A stretch of 64,000 nucleotides of DNA. Source: a virus. A program made the position numbers and the translations under genes. The notes beneath the pieces were generated by a model, which was given only the letters and a program-made list of their open reading frames with translations, was not told where the DNA came from and made no database searches. This document shows, one piece after another, positions 1 to 9,408 of the stretch (position 1 is its first letter; every line of letters begins with the position of its first letter). The stretch covers positions 69,599 to 133,598 of IMG/VR virus record IMGVR_UViG_3300045988_126140; one strand, given 5' to 3'.

Positions 1-2018
1 CTTGTTTTCCAACCAGCCATATTTTGCATGATTGTTTTTAAACCATTACCTAATTTACTTGCATTTTGTAACGGTTCTTGACCTGCAATTATAATACCAA
101 CTAACTCTTGCATACTAACGCCTAATGTTTTTGCTACGGAAGCTGAACGCATCATTGCTTCAGATACGTCTTTACCTGTAACAGCATAGTTGTTGTTTGC
201 ATAGTTGACCATATCCATCATTTGCATCATTTTGGTAGTTTCTTTGGTGTTACCTTTGACTTTCATTGTGACTTTATCTAATGAGTTTGCAACACCACCA
301 TAAGATGCTAATGTTGATTTCAAGTATTTATCTGCATCTGCTTGGCTTGTATCTATAACGTTGGCAAACATAGATGCGTTTTTAGCATATTGTAAAGCTT
401 TGCTGACATTATGGAAACCAGATTGTAATGCCTCGGCAGTGGAATCAATTATATCAATACTACTTCTGGCAACCTCTTGACCTGCCTCACTTGCTTTTTG
501 AGTTAACCAATCTAATTGTTTAGCTGTTCCTGTAAAGGTATCTGGTGCAACCTTTAATAATTTTTTAATTGCTGTATCAGTATCAACAATAGTCTTAGGG
601 ATTGAAGATATAGCTTGAGTAATAACTCTAGCAAACATATTCGGTATTGAATACATTGACAACATAGAGGATAGAGAACTGAAAAATCCCGACGTTTTTC
701 TAGTTGTATTTCCTAGTATATTCATTGCTTGAGTTGCACTTCTAGCACTATTAGTAACTCCGTTTATACCATTTCCGTTAATATTAGATAAACTACTAGA
801 AAAAGTACTCACATCTTTAGTTAACGCTTTTAATTCTGCATCTCTATCTTTTAAATTACTCATATTAGCTATCGTTTGCAATCTTTGTCTAAATTCTTCT
901 ATTTTAGATGACGAAGCTCCTAACTCTTGACATCTTCTTGTTAGGTTCGTTAAATCTTGAGATACTTTATTAAAATCTGCATCAAATTTTACATTAGCTC
1001 TTTTAGTAGAAATTTCACTCTCAAATTGTTTATATTTATTTTCACATTCCGATATTTTATTTTTTAAACCATCAAATTCAGCTTTAGCACCTTCTGTATT
1101 AGGGTCTATATTTCGCAGTTTTGATTGATATTGTTCTATTTGAGTTATTAGCTCTTGTATTCCAGATGTATTAGCAAATTTACTCGTTCCTAATTCAGCA
1201 AGTTTAGCTTTAAGAGATTCTAACTTAGCGACAGATGTATTTACCTTATCAGTGAATGTAATTGAGCCGTTTAATCCTTTTAATGATACTGAAACATTAC
1301 TAATCTCTGCATTTAAATTATGTATTTGTTCATATGCCTTGTCGGATTTTAATATTTGACTTAAATCAGCACCTTTAACATTATTGATTTTATTTTGAAG
1401 TTCTTGGAGTTGCCCCACCTGTGAACTTGTTAAGTTTTTATTTTTGAACATATTGTTAATTTGTTCAGAGGTGTTATTAGCCTTTTGTTGAATTTTATCA
1501 AATGAACTTATTAAATCTCTACTTATATCTATATTAGATTTATTTTTTAAGTTATCCATTTTTTGTGCAGTAGATTGCATCTCGCTGTTAATTTTTGACA
1601 ACTTAGATTCTAACTCGTTATAAGCTTGAGTATTTATAGTTTTAGACATTTGTTTTTGAAGTGATTCTGATTGTTTTTGTAAAACTTTATATTTAGCTAT
1701 AGTATTATCTAATTCTTTATTACCAGTAGAAGTCTTAGTAGAACCACTGCCAAATAAATTTTTCTGTACGTCTTTACTTAAAGAATTTATTTCTTTCAAA
1801 GTATTCTGTATCTGCTTAAGATTGTTTAATTGGTCGTCTTTAAGTTTAAAAGCATTATTTAATACTTTTTGAAGTTCCTCCATTTGAGATTTCATTTTTG
1901 TCGTATCAAATTTCAGATTAACTTCTTTTTTTTCTAATTTCTCTTTCAATTTTGCAACTTCTTGTTCTGCTCCACTTCCGTCTACAGAAGTTTTTAATCT
2001 AATAGTTAAATCTGCCAT
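1..2018 (-). CDS. tail tape measure protein, N-terminal ~672 codons (3' end beyond window edge)
   Basis: Frame open from ATG at 2018 to the window edge. It is absent from the ORF track because there is no stop in the window, and no competing ORF lies in 1..2018. Coiled-coil K/E/Q/L/N-rich start, then ..NYAVTGKDVSEAMMRSASVAKTLGVSMQELVGIIIAGQE.., typical of a TP901-type tape-measure core. It follows two overlapping chaperone-like ORFs. Confidence 0.8.
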   Translation of the reverse strand, partial: MADLTIRLKTSVDGSGAEQEVAKLKEKLEKKEVNLKFDTTKMKSQMEELQKVLNNAFKLKDDQLNNLKQIQNTLKEINSLSKDVQKNLFGSGSTKTSTGNKELDNTIAKYKVLQKQSESLQKQMSKTINTQAYNELESKLSKINSEMQSTAQKMDNLKNKSNIDISRDLISSFDKIQQKANNTSEQINNMFKNKNLTSSQVGQLQELQNKINNVKGADLSQILKSDKAYEQIHNLNAEISNVSVSLKGLNGSITFTDKVNTSVAKLESLKAKLAELGTSKFANTSGIQELITQIEQYQSKLRNIDPNTEGAKAEFDGLKNKISECENKYKQFESEISTKRANVKFDADFNKVSQDLTNLTRRCQELGASSSKIEEFRQRLQTIANMSNLKDRDAELKALTKDVSTFSSSLSNINGNGINGVTNSARSATQAMNILGNTTRKTSGFFSSLSSMLSMYSIPNMFARVITQAISSIPKTIVDTDTAIKKLLKVAPDTFTGTAKQLDWLTQKASEAGQEVARSSIDIIDSTAEALQSGFHNVSKALQYAKNASMFANVIDTSQADADKYLKSTLASYGGVANSLDKVTMKVKGNTKETTKMMQMMDMVNYANNNYAVTGKDVSEAMMRSASVAKTLGVSMQELVGIIIAGQEPLQNASKLGNGLKTIMQNMAGWKT

Positions 2019-2039
2019 ATATTAATCTCACCTGCCTTT

Positions 2040-2483
2040 CTATATAACATCTAAACCTTGCTCTATTAAATATTGTTTCAATTCAGATGGTATTTGTTGA
2101 GCTATTTTAGCTTGTGAATCTGGTATAATAGTTGTTGGAGGATAATAAGCAACTGTAGAATCGCTTTTAAAACTCCAAACTTTACCTGCTTCCCAACCTA
2201 TAATAGGAAAGAAATGCTCTCCCGTTAATACACTTGTCCAGTCCCCATTATCTTGAAATTCTACTACAGCACAATTCATATCAATGCTTGATATTTGTGC
2301 TATTTCTCCCATTTGTCCTGTACGTCCATATGCAGATGGTTCATGGTCAGCATATATTTGTTCATTTACTTCTCGTTGCATTATTTCTACCATTTTATTT
2401 GCCATAGGTGTCATAGCCGTAGAAACAACGGATTTAATATAATTGACTGCACTTTCAATATCATTTACAACCAAATTAATCAC
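2040..2483 (-). CDS. tail assembly chaperone extension ORF (T-like), probably made only as a frameshift fusion
   Basis: Overlaps the end of 2476..2940 in another frame. It has only a GTG start, no SD, and a stop immediately upstream in its frame. Position is directly 5' of the tape measure gene. Confidence 0.45.
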   Translation of the reverse strand: MINLVVNDIESAVNYIKSVVSTAMTPMANKMVEIMQREVNEQIYADHEPSAYGRTGQMGEIAQISSIDMNCAVVEFQDNGDWTSVLTGEHFFPIIGWEAGKVWSFKSDSTVAYYPPTTIIPDSQAKIAQQIPSELKQYLIEQGLDVI

Positions 2484-2940
2484 CTTTTTTCATTTCTTTT
2501 ATTTCCTCTTCCAATTTTTCACATTGTTTATTTAATATTTCTAATTTTTCAGCCTCTAATAATATTCTTTTGCTTAAAGTTAATGAAGTCATATTTGCTA
2601 ATAGATTTTGTTTTTCTAACATGGCTTCTATAACAATTTCACTTACTATTTCATCTACGTCTTGTGCAATAAACATTAATTCTTTTTTACCCTTATTTAT
2701 TGATTTTATTAAATCTTCGCCTAATTCTAAATCCGTAGCTAATTCAAATGCTTTTTTATATATAAGTTCCATTAATGCTTTTTCTTCTAATCCTTGCTCT
2801 AGTCCTTTAGATATTTTTTCTTTTAATTCATTTCTATTCTCGCCAAATATATTATAAACTAAAACAGTTTCTATTTCGTTATTTATTTCCACGTCATATG
2901 AACTTCTAATCATATCTAATGTTAAATCACTTAATTTCAT
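2476..2940 (-). CDS. tail assembly chaperone (G-like), putative
   Basis: 154 aa acidic helical ORF with SD (AAGGGAG) preceded by the 15-mer. First of two overlapping ORFs upstream of the tape measure gene. Confidence 0.5.
   Translation of the reverse strand: MKLSDLTLDMIRSSYDVEINNEIETVLVYNIFGENRNELKEKISKGLEQGLEEKALMELIYKKAFELATDLELGEDLIKSINKGKKELMFIAQDVDEIVSEIVIEAMLEKQNLLANMTSLTLSKRILLEAEKLEILNKQCEKLEEEIKEMKKGD
2484..2490 (-). promoter_or_regulatory. candidate ribosomal slippery run A6G (AAAAAAG)
   Basis: Minus strand reads ATG AAA AAA GGT GAT TAA. The downstream ORF frame reads AAA AAG GTG ATT.., so Lys-tRNA on AAA (2487..2485) can re-pair +1 on AAG (2486..2484). Confidence 0.4.
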
Positions 2941-2995
2941 TTCTTAATCTCCCTTCTTTATTAATTATTTTAATATCTTTCCACTTTTATTTATT

Positions 2996-3036
2996 TTTAT
3001 AAAACAAAATAGGAGAAGGAATTAATCCTCTCCTAT
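2996..3036 (-). terminator. intrinsic terminator
   Basis: Minus-strand hairpin ATAGGAGA(GGA)..(TCC)TCTCCTAT at 3009..3036, followed by UUUGUUUU. Confidence 0.7.
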
Positions 3037-3125
3037 TTCACACATTATACAAATAGTAATTAGAGTTATAACACACAGCTGGTTTTGTATACGTTTATAT
3101 TATGTGTTTATTTTAAATTTTTATA

Positions 3126-3145
3126 CGCAATATTTTTAAATTGCG
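3126..3145. repeat. palindrome CGCAATATTTTTAAATTGCG (copy 1 of a tail-fibre-associated repeat)
   Basis: Same sequence as 5901..5920. Related coding copies at 7853..7875 and 4935..4955. Confidence 0.8.
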
Positions 3146-3148
3146 AAC

Positions 3149-3283
3149 TTACACTAATGAATCTCCATATCCGTCATAACCATCTTGTTTTAATATATCA
3201 AGTGTTGATTCTTTAAACATTTTTGGTACTTGTTCTATTGTTCTAAGTTTCTTTATAATTAAATTAGCATATATTCTTGCCAT
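3149..3283 (-). CDS. small XkdX-like tail-fibre-module protein (44 aa)
   Basis: Not in the ORF track (<60 aa). ATG overlaps the stop of 3283..3648 (TAATG). MARIYANLIIKKLRTIEQVPKMFKESTLDILKQDGY.. resembles the small XkdX/CD1375-type proteins that end Firmicute phage fibre modules (from memory). Confidence 0.4.
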   Translation of the reverse strand: MARIYANLIIKKLRTIEQVPKMFKESTLDILKQDGYDGYGDSLV

Positions 3284-3648
3284 TATTTAGCACCTCCTTC
3301 TTGTAAAGCTAGAATCATTTCAGTTAATTCTGCTAATGCCTCTTCATGTTCAGTGTCCACATTTTTAAGTTGTGTTATTTTTTCATCTATAGTCAGTTCT
3401 TGTTCTATTAAATCCATTTGTTTTACCGCATACACGATTGTTATTGTTGTATCTTGTTCTGTATATCCTGTTATTACTAGATATTCAGTATCTGCATTAT
3501 AACTTGGTTGTTGGTCTATCACTTCTTTAAATCCATATCTAGTCATTAGTGCAACAGATTTGTTAAAACCTACTATTGTTCTACCATCATTTAATTTGTA
3601 ATTTTGTGGAGCATATTCTAATGCTTCATTATTTAATTTTGCATACAT
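3283..3648 (-). CDS. hypothetical tail-fibre-associated protein (XkdW-like position)
   Basis: 121 aa ORF with SD GGAGG, placed between the fibre genes and the XkdX-like ORF. Confidence 0.4.
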   Translation of the reverse strand: MYAKLNNEALEYAPQNYKLNDGRTIVGFNKSVALMTRYGFKEVIDQQPSYNADTEYLVITGYTEQDTTITIVYAVKQMDLIEQELTIDEKITQLKNVDTEHEEALAELTEMILALQEGGAK

Positions 3649-3661
3649 ATTATTTTACCTC

Positions 3662-4222
3662 CTATTTTTTATAAGAAAATTTACCTGTACCTAAATTATA
3701 AAAATATTGTTGTGTTACTTCATCCCACAAACAAGCTACTCCTTTATTATCTAAGCAGGGTCTATAATCTCTAATAAGTTTATCGTTTTCTGATATTTTA
3801 AAATAATTCAAAATCATTCGTGCATATGATTTATTAGAATTACTGCCAAATATGTATATTGGTTCTGTACTATCGAAATTAAAAACCATACCATCTTCAA
3901 CAGTTTCTACTTCATCTATTGTAAAAGACTTATTTTTACTTTTAATTATATGTGGAACGTTATATTTACAATTAGAAAAATAATACACAACTGAATTTAC
4001 TGTTAATGCATATCTATTATCATAATTTCTAAATCCTTTAATTTGTGAATTACCAAATTCAAAACTTCTATCGCCTAAGGGAGTATAATTAAACTCAAAC
4101 ACACTATTTATATTCGGAACATAATTAGTATTTATATATTGGTTTCCAGAACTCTCTATATAAGATACATAATCTACATTTATTTTATTTTTAACGTTAT
4201 TAAATAATAATTTATGCGACAT
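3662..4222 (-). CDS. hypothetical tail-fibre-associated protein
   Basis: ORF track starts at TTG 4228. ATG at 4222 has the better SD (GGTGGGGTGA). Overlaps the stop of the upstream fibre gene. Confidence 0.5.
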   Translation of the reverse strand: MSHKLLFNNVKNKINVDYVSYIESSGNQYINTNYVPNINSVFEFNYTPLGDRSFEFGNSQIKGFRNYDNRYALTVNSVVYYFSNCKYNVPHIIKSKNKSFTIDEVETVEDGMVFNFDSTEPIYIFGSNSNKSYARMILNYFKISENDKLIRDYRPCLDNKGVACLWDEVTQQYFYNLGTGKFSYKK

Positions 4223-5777
4223 ACTCAATCACCCCACCTAACCATTCTGTAGTATAAGTAAAAATAAATTCATATGTTTTATTGGCAGATATTGTCGGAG
4301 TATTTCCATTTTGCCATTTACACGAAGGTAATATAAGTGTTAAATCTTTAGTAGTATTAAAAAACAAGTGGAGTTCTAAAGGTCTACTGCCAGAAATTGA
4401 AGGCAATAAAATTTCTGTTCCGTCTACCATATTGTTAACAATTTGATTCTTTTTTTCAGTTAAAGTCAATGTTGTATTACTTATCGTTAACTCTTCCCAT
4501 GTTTCAACAATTGCTCCACCAGTATCACCTTTTGGAATACCTAAATTTAATAACGGATTTTCAGTTGTTCCAGTAATACTTGCAGTTGCATTACTGCCAC
4601 TCTCAAGTGTAGTTACTTTTCCTATTTGTAAATTTGGAGTTGCACCAGTATCTCCATTGTCTCCTTTCCAATTATACCAAGTGTAATTTTTTGGATTTGT
4701 TGGAGAATCTGCATTTGTATCTACACATAAGCCTATATATGCGTTTGGTGTATCTGATATTTGTCCTGCTAACTGTGGTGCTCCTGTACTTGAATATTTT
4801 ATATGTAAATACTGACTTGTACCCCCACCACTTGATATAGGAAGTGTTATTCCGTTGCCTAATTTACTACCCTTTGAATTTACAAGTTGAAGTAAATTAG
4901 TAGCACTATCTAATGACAAATCAGTTGGTTGGTTGTTCGCAATATCTTTACATTGTGTATTAACTTCATTAATAGCTCCTATTAATGTTTTATTTGTGGT
5001 ATTTAATTCATCATGTGAAATATCATCTATACCATTAAATGAAACATCATCTTTATCAAGTTCAATTTGACTTTCTTGAACTTTCTTTATTTTATTATTT
5101 ACTTCATTTATCCCACCAGTAATTGTTTTTTCATCGGTATTTAAAAATTCATCATTTTTCTTTTGATAATCTTTTAATTCCACAGTTCCTCCACCGATTC
5201 CAGAATCAACATCTTCTCTTAACTGATTTATCGCACCTACTATAGTTTTGTTATCACCAACTAAATTTTCATCTCGTTTCATTTGAATTTCATCTTTATT
5301 TATTCCGTCGGTTATTTCTTTAACATCTTTTATTAATTTTTCTAACACAGGAAGATTTTTATCATTTTTTATTTTTTTATTTAACTTAGCAGTTATATTT
5401 GGTTTAACTACATAATCAAATTCTTCAGATGTAAAACATTTTAATTCATTTTCTATTGTTCCCGAAACTCTTATTTCACATTCATAAGTTCCAATTATAT
5501 CAAAATAATCTGTAGTTAAATCAACTTGATATAATAAATCTTCTTTAGATATTAATGTTGCATCTAAAGGTTTAAATTCATCTGTCTCTGGTTTTAATAC
5601 TGCAAATTCAACAATTAAATCATCTGGTATGGTTTTATCTTCATCAGTACAAATTAATTTAATAAAAATATTACATATATTTAAATCTGTATTATAGAAA
5701 AATATAGTTTTGTCGGATTTAACTTTTGTATTTTTTAAATCTACGGTAATTAAATAATCTTTATCTATATTAATCAT
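4212..5777 (-). CDS. tail fibre protein
   Basis: Three repeats of the fibre motif T(I/L)(V/T/I)G(A/G)INE(V/L)N.., collagen-like GDTG/GDNGDTG stretches, 521 aa, in the tail module. Confidence 0.6.
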   Translation of the reverse strand: MINIDKDYLITVDLKNTKVKSDKTIFFYNTDLNICNIFIKLICTDEDKTIPDDLIVEFAVLKPETDEFKPLDATLISKEDLLYQVDLTTDYFDIIGTYECEIRVSGTIENELKCFTSEEFDYVVKPNITAKLNKKIKNDKNLPVLEKLIKDVKEITDGINKDEIQMKRDENLVGDNKTIVGAINQLREDVDSGIGGGTVELKDYQKKNDEFLNTDEKTITGGINEVNNKIKKVQESQIELDKDDVSFNGIDDISHDELNTTNKTLIGAINEVNTQCKDIANNQPTDLSLDSATNLLQLVNSKGSKLGNGITLPISSGGGTSQYLHIKYSSTGAPQLAGQISDTPNAYIGLCVDTNADSPTNPKNYTWYNWKGDNGDTGATPNLQIGKVTTLESGSNATASITGTTENPLLNLGIPKGDTGGAIVETWEELTISNTTLTLTEKKNQIVNNMVDGTEILLPSISGSRPLELHLFFNTTKDLTLILPSCKWQNGNTPTISANKTYEFIFTYTTEWLGGVIEYVA

Positions 5778-5796
5778 TTAATCATCCTCCTTTATT

Positions 5797-5831
5797 ATTT
5801 TTAAAAGGGTTGTATTTTATAATACAACCCT
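5797..5831 (-). terminator. hairpin, weak terminator
   Basis: AGGGTTGTA..TACAACCCT (5806..5831), followed on the minus strand by UUUAAAAAU and then the SD of 4212..5777. Confidence 0.45.
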
Positions 5832-5897
5832 AATTTACATTCTTTCTAGCTTTTTTAAATTTTTCTTTCCTTTTTATATGAATGTAAGTGTGTAAGT

Positions 5898-5923
5898 GTT
5901 CGCAATATTTTTAAATTGCGAAC
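5898..5923. repeat. palindrome GTTCGCAATATTTTTAAATTGCGAAC (copy 2)
   Basis: 9-bp arms, starting 3 nt after the stop of 5927..7996 (positions 5924..5926 intervene). Core identical to 3126..3145. Confidence 0.8.
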
Positions 5924-5926
5924 TTA

Positions 5927-7996
5927 TTATAAACATAACAGATATTTTATTTCACTTGCTAAAGTATTTCCTACAGCAGTTATTCCATTATCACCTAAAT
6001 GTAAACCATCTGATAAATAGCCTATATTAGCTATGGTTGTATTTGGAACAACACCACTATGTCTATATAAATCTAAAGTTCTAATACTATATTCATCTTC
6101 GACTATTTTTTTAATTACTTCATTGACTAATAATTGAGTAGCATTTCCGTCAGCTCTTTGGGGTGGTAAACATACCAATATCTGAGCTGTTGGGTCATAG
6201 GCTTTTAATGTTTCCATACAATATCTAATTGCACCACACATTGTAGTTTTATCTGAACTTGTTTCACCTGTATCGGTATTACTACCTGCATTTGTTCCCA
6301 TTATAAAACAATATAAATCAAATTTTTCTTTATTAGCAACAATATAATCAACACGATTGACTGCACATTGAGTTTGTCCATCGCCTGTTTGCCACCATGC
6401 ACCTGCTAAACCTCTGTTAGTAGTTAATGCTCCCGTTTTATTATGTACAACTTTTAAAAAACCGTCTTGAGCATCATTACCTCCTCCCCAGTTAGTTAAA
6501 CTATCGCCAATACAAACCATAGTTTTTGGTATCACTTTTTCTTTTTCACCAGCTATATCTAATATCATTTTTCTTACATCGTCATTCCATTCAGAAAAAT
6601 ATTCATCTTCTAATATATCATAATCCAAAATAGGATTATATGAATAAATAGCAGAATAATGCAATGCATCTTTTACATAAGGTATTACATATGATACATT
6701 TGCTGGAAAGGTAGTAGAATATATTTGCTTATCATAAATGGAGTCGTTATTTTTATCAGTACACCAAGGTTGGGGGGCTTGATTTACTATATTCAATCCA
6801 AGGCTACTTACTAAATTTGTAATAACTCCACTATTTGTTGCTCCACTTACATATAAAAAATTTTTATTTTCATCAAAACATCCAAACGTAGGTGGCTTTT
6901 TATCTTTATAAACACACCAAGTTTTAAAGTAAAGTATTTTATTTGTACTGACATCTACATATCCATTATCTTTACCATACAATAAATTGCAATTTGAACC
7001 ATATTTTGTAGCTAAATCGCCAGAATATCCTGTATTTATGTATTTATATATGTTTACAGGTGGACTTTGTTTCGTTTTAAAATTTATATTGCTAGAATCA
7101 ATATTACTATACCAATATTTATTGTATTCATCTGAAAATGTTAATAGTTTCTCATATTTTTCTATTAGTGATAATTTGTTTGTTGTTAATGAAATTTTAA
7201 TATTATTAATATCTACATCACTCTCTGGTGTAAAACCGATTTTTATACCTGTTGCACCTAAAGATTTAAATTCGGATAAATCACATTCAAATTCATTTAT
7301 ATTTTTACCTAACGAATTATGTGACAACTTATTCCAAAACCAATGTGTTGCATCGTTATTTACGTTTTTTGTAGTTTCTGTAGTATTTATGAAATAGCTA
7401 AACCATATAACGGTGCAATTTTTACAATATATATATATATGTTCAGCATCAGTTATATCTATTAAATTCGTCATTTTTGCCCCTTTAGGTATATATCCAT
7501 GCGAATTATCCGTTTCTAATGTTGGAGATATACAAACATTTCTATAACTTAAAAAATCTGTTTTTTGAGGAGTTATACTATTATCTGTTATAGTCATATT
7601 AGTTAAAGTACCATCATCTATTTTAGATTGAATTATATTTGTTAATTGTTCATCTGTAACTACTGCTGTAGGAATTTCAACAGTTGCTATTTGATTACCG
7701 TAATTCATAAGTTTTAGAGTTTGACCACTCATACTCATAGATATTTTTGATAAGTCTACATCACTTCCACCTATTTCAATACCAGTTCCTAAAAGCGTCC
7801 CGTCTTGTTTTTTAATATAAACTTTTCCATCTGTATGTTTTGTAAGAGATAAGTTCGCAATATCTTTAAATTGCGCATCAATTTCATTAAACTTTGAAGT
7901 ATTACTTTTACCATTCTTATCCACAACTAAATCTGGTGAAGTGTAAGGGTAAGAATAACCATCATTACCGTCTCTTACTTTCATTTTATCGCTCAT
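5927..7996 (-). CDS. tail fibre / receptor-binding protein with C-terminal SGNH (GDSL) hydrolase domain
   Basis: C-terminal blocks CIGDSLTNWGG, IMGTNAGSN and DGLHLGDNG fit SGNH blocks I, III and V. N-terminus carries the fibre-type motif NEIDAQFKDIAN. Confidence 0.65.
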   Translation of the reverse strand: MSDKMKVRDGNDGYSYPYTSPDLVVDKNGKSNTSKFNEIDAQFKDIANLSLTKHTDGKVYIKKQDGTLLGTGIEIGGSDVDLSKISMSMSGQTLKLMNYGNQIATVEIPTAVVTDEQLTNIIQSKIDDGTLTNMTITDNSITPQKTDFLSYRNVCISPTLETDNSHGYIPKGAKMTNLIDITDAEHIYIYCKNCTVIWFSYFINTTETTKNVNNDATHWFWNKLSHNSLGKNINEFECDLSEFKSLGATGIKIGFTPESDVDINNIKISLTTNKLSLIEKYEKLLTFSDEYNKYWYSNIDSSNINFKTKQSPPVNIYKYINTGYSGDLATKYGSNCNLLYGKDNGYVDVSTNKILYFKTWCVYKDKKPPTFGCFDENKNFLYVSGATNSGVITNLVSSLGLNIVNQAPQPWCTDKNNDSIYDKQIYSTTFPANVSYVIPYVKDALHYSAIYSYNPILDYDILEDEYFSEWNDDVRKMILDIAGEKEKVIPKTMVCIGDSLTNWGGGNDAQDGFLKVVHNKTGALTTNRGLAGAWWQTGDGQTQCAVNRVDYIVANKEKFDLYCFIMGTNAGSNTDTGETSSDKTTMCGAIRYCMETLKAYDPTAQILVCLPPQRADGNATQLLVNEVIKKIVEDEYSIRTLDLYRHSGVVPNTTIANIGYLSDGLHLGDNGITAVGNTLASEIKYLLCL
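7853..7875. repeat. coding copy of the palindromic repeat (GTTCGCAATATCTTTAAATTGCG)
   Basis: Encodes AQFKDIAN in 5927..7996. A diverged coding copy at 4935..4955 encodes (Q)CKDIAN in 4212..5777. Confidence 0.7.
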
Positions 7997-8039
7997 TTAA
8001 TCATCCTCCATTTCTATATTTTGTAAGAGCAATAATTTG

Positions 8040-8200
8040 CCCCCATATAATTTGTATACTTTTTTGAACTACTCGCCAATAAATTGGCAAGATTCTTGGT
8101 CAATATGCCTAACGGCACAAGTTTACCCAAGCTACCGAGGTAGTCCCGACCTCACTGAATACTAAAATTATAGTGCTAATTTTAGTAAGTTTTTACTTGC
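8040..8200 (-). ncRNA. candidate omega (re)RNA of TnpB
   Basis: In this family the guide RNA scaffold is encoded by the 3' end of tnpB plus the right end. This stretch is visibly GC-richer and more helix-prone than its surroundings. Boundaries not determined. Confidence 0.4.
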
Positions 8201-9310
8201 ATTTATATCTCTATCGTGATGTGTATTACATTTAGGGCAAGTCCATTCTCTTAGTCCTAGATTTTTCACATCACTATTTTTATATCCACATTCAGAACAT
8301 AATTGAGAACTAGCATAGTTTGATGGTGCAATTACTATTTCTCTTCCATACCAATTAGCCTTATATTCTAACATTACTCTAAATTTATACCACGATACTT
8401 CTGATATAGCTCTTGCATTTTTATGATTTTTCACCATATTACCTATTCTTAAATCTTCTATTACTATTACTTGGTTTTCGTTTATTAGCTTTGTAGAGAT
8501 TTTTTGTAGATAATCAGTTCTTTGATTTTTAATCTTTTCATGTAATTTCGCAACTTTAATTCTCGTTTTATTCCAATTACTAGAGCCATATTGCTTTCTC
8601 GATAAATCTCTTTGTAATTTTTTCAATCTCTTAGTTTTATTTCTTAGCCACTTAGGATTTTTGAATTTAACTCCATCTGAACATATTGCAAAATCTTTTA
8701 GCCCAACATCTACTCCAACTTTCTTATTTATTTTAGGAAGCTCATTAATTTCTAGCTCACAAGTTAAAAATATGAAGTATTTCTCTGTGTTAGTTCTTCT
8801 TATAGTTGCAGTTTTAATTTTACCTTCTACCTCTCTCGACTTAGCAAACCTCACTTTCCCTAGTTTTGGTAGTTGAATATACTTATTTAATACTTTAATA
8901 TTTCCATTTACCATTTTTGTCTTGTAAGATTGTATTTCATTTTTCTTAGATTTAAATTTAGGTTTACCCCCTAAATGTTTATAATATCTACTGTATGCAT
9001 TATCTAAGTTTTCTACAGAAGATTGTAAAGCGATACTATCTACTTCTTTAAGAAAAGAATATTGTGATTTTAACTCTTTTACATCCTTAAAAGAGTTATT
9101 CTTGTTAAAAAACTCACCCTTCCAATTATTACAAGGAAGTTGCCCACATTGATACATTTCTTCTACTATATACCACATCTTATCTTTCTCTTGTTGTTTA
9201 TCTAAAAAATAGTTAAATACAAATCTAGCACAACCAATAGTCTTATTAATGAGAATTGTCTGTTCTTTATTTGGATAAATTCTGAATTTATATGCTTTCA
9301 TTTTTACCAT
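8168..9310 (-). CDS. tnpB: TnpB RNA-guided endonuclease (IS605 OrfB family)
   Basis: N-terminal [13 protein letters not shown]; RuvC motifs [11 protein letters not shown] and VIVIEDL; zinc ribbon [23 protein letters not shown]. True start is ATG 9310 after SD AGGGGGTGA; the ORF-track start at 9406 is an upstream extension. Confidence 0.9.
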   Translation of the reverse strand: MVKMKAYKFRIYPNKEQTILINKTIGCARFVFNYFLDKQQEKDKMWYIVEEMYQCGQLPCNNWKGEFFNKNNSFKDVKELKSQYSFLKEVDSIALQSSVENLDNAYSRYYKHLGGKPKFKSKKNEIQSYKTKMVNGNIKVLNKYIQLPKLGKVRFAKSREVEGKIKTATIRRTNTEKYFIFLTCELEINELPKINKKVGVDVGLKDFAICSDGVKFKNPKWLRNKTKRLKKLQRDLSRKQYGSSNWNKTRIKVAKLHEKIKNQRTDYLQKISTKLINENQVIVIEDLRIGNMVKNHKNARAISEVSWYKFRVMLEYKANWYGREIVIAPSNYASSQLCSECGYKNSDVKNLGLREWTCPKCNTHHDRDINASKNLLKLAL

Positions 9311-9408
9311 AATATCACCCCCTAAAGGAATATGTTTTATAATTAAACATATACTAAAAAAGCCGATTTGTCTCATGTTTAAAGACATGAGTGTTCTTGG
9401 TTGCATAT

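Larger units (their letters stand above)
8020..9404 (-). mobile_element. IS200/IS605-family element carrying only tnpB (IS1341-like); ends approximate
   Basis: TnpB ORF. Subterminal hairpin CTCATGT..ACATGAG at 9372..9391 upstream of tnpB. GC-richer structured tail at 8050..8165. The 10-mer TGCCCCCATA occurs at both 8038..8047 and 9430..9439. Confidence 0.75.

Noticed and set aside
3126-7875. Invertible (Gin/Cin-type) tail-fibre segment.
   Set aside because: There is no serine invertase gene in the window. The repeats do not resemble gix/cix sites and are themselves palindromic. Only module exchange or recombination is proposed.
8168-9406. Full ORF-track extent of tnpB, with a 32-aa N-terminal extension.
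   Set aside because: The extension covers the IS left-end hairpin. The canonical TnpB N-terminus ([13 protein letters not shown]) starts at ATG 9310, right after a strong SD.
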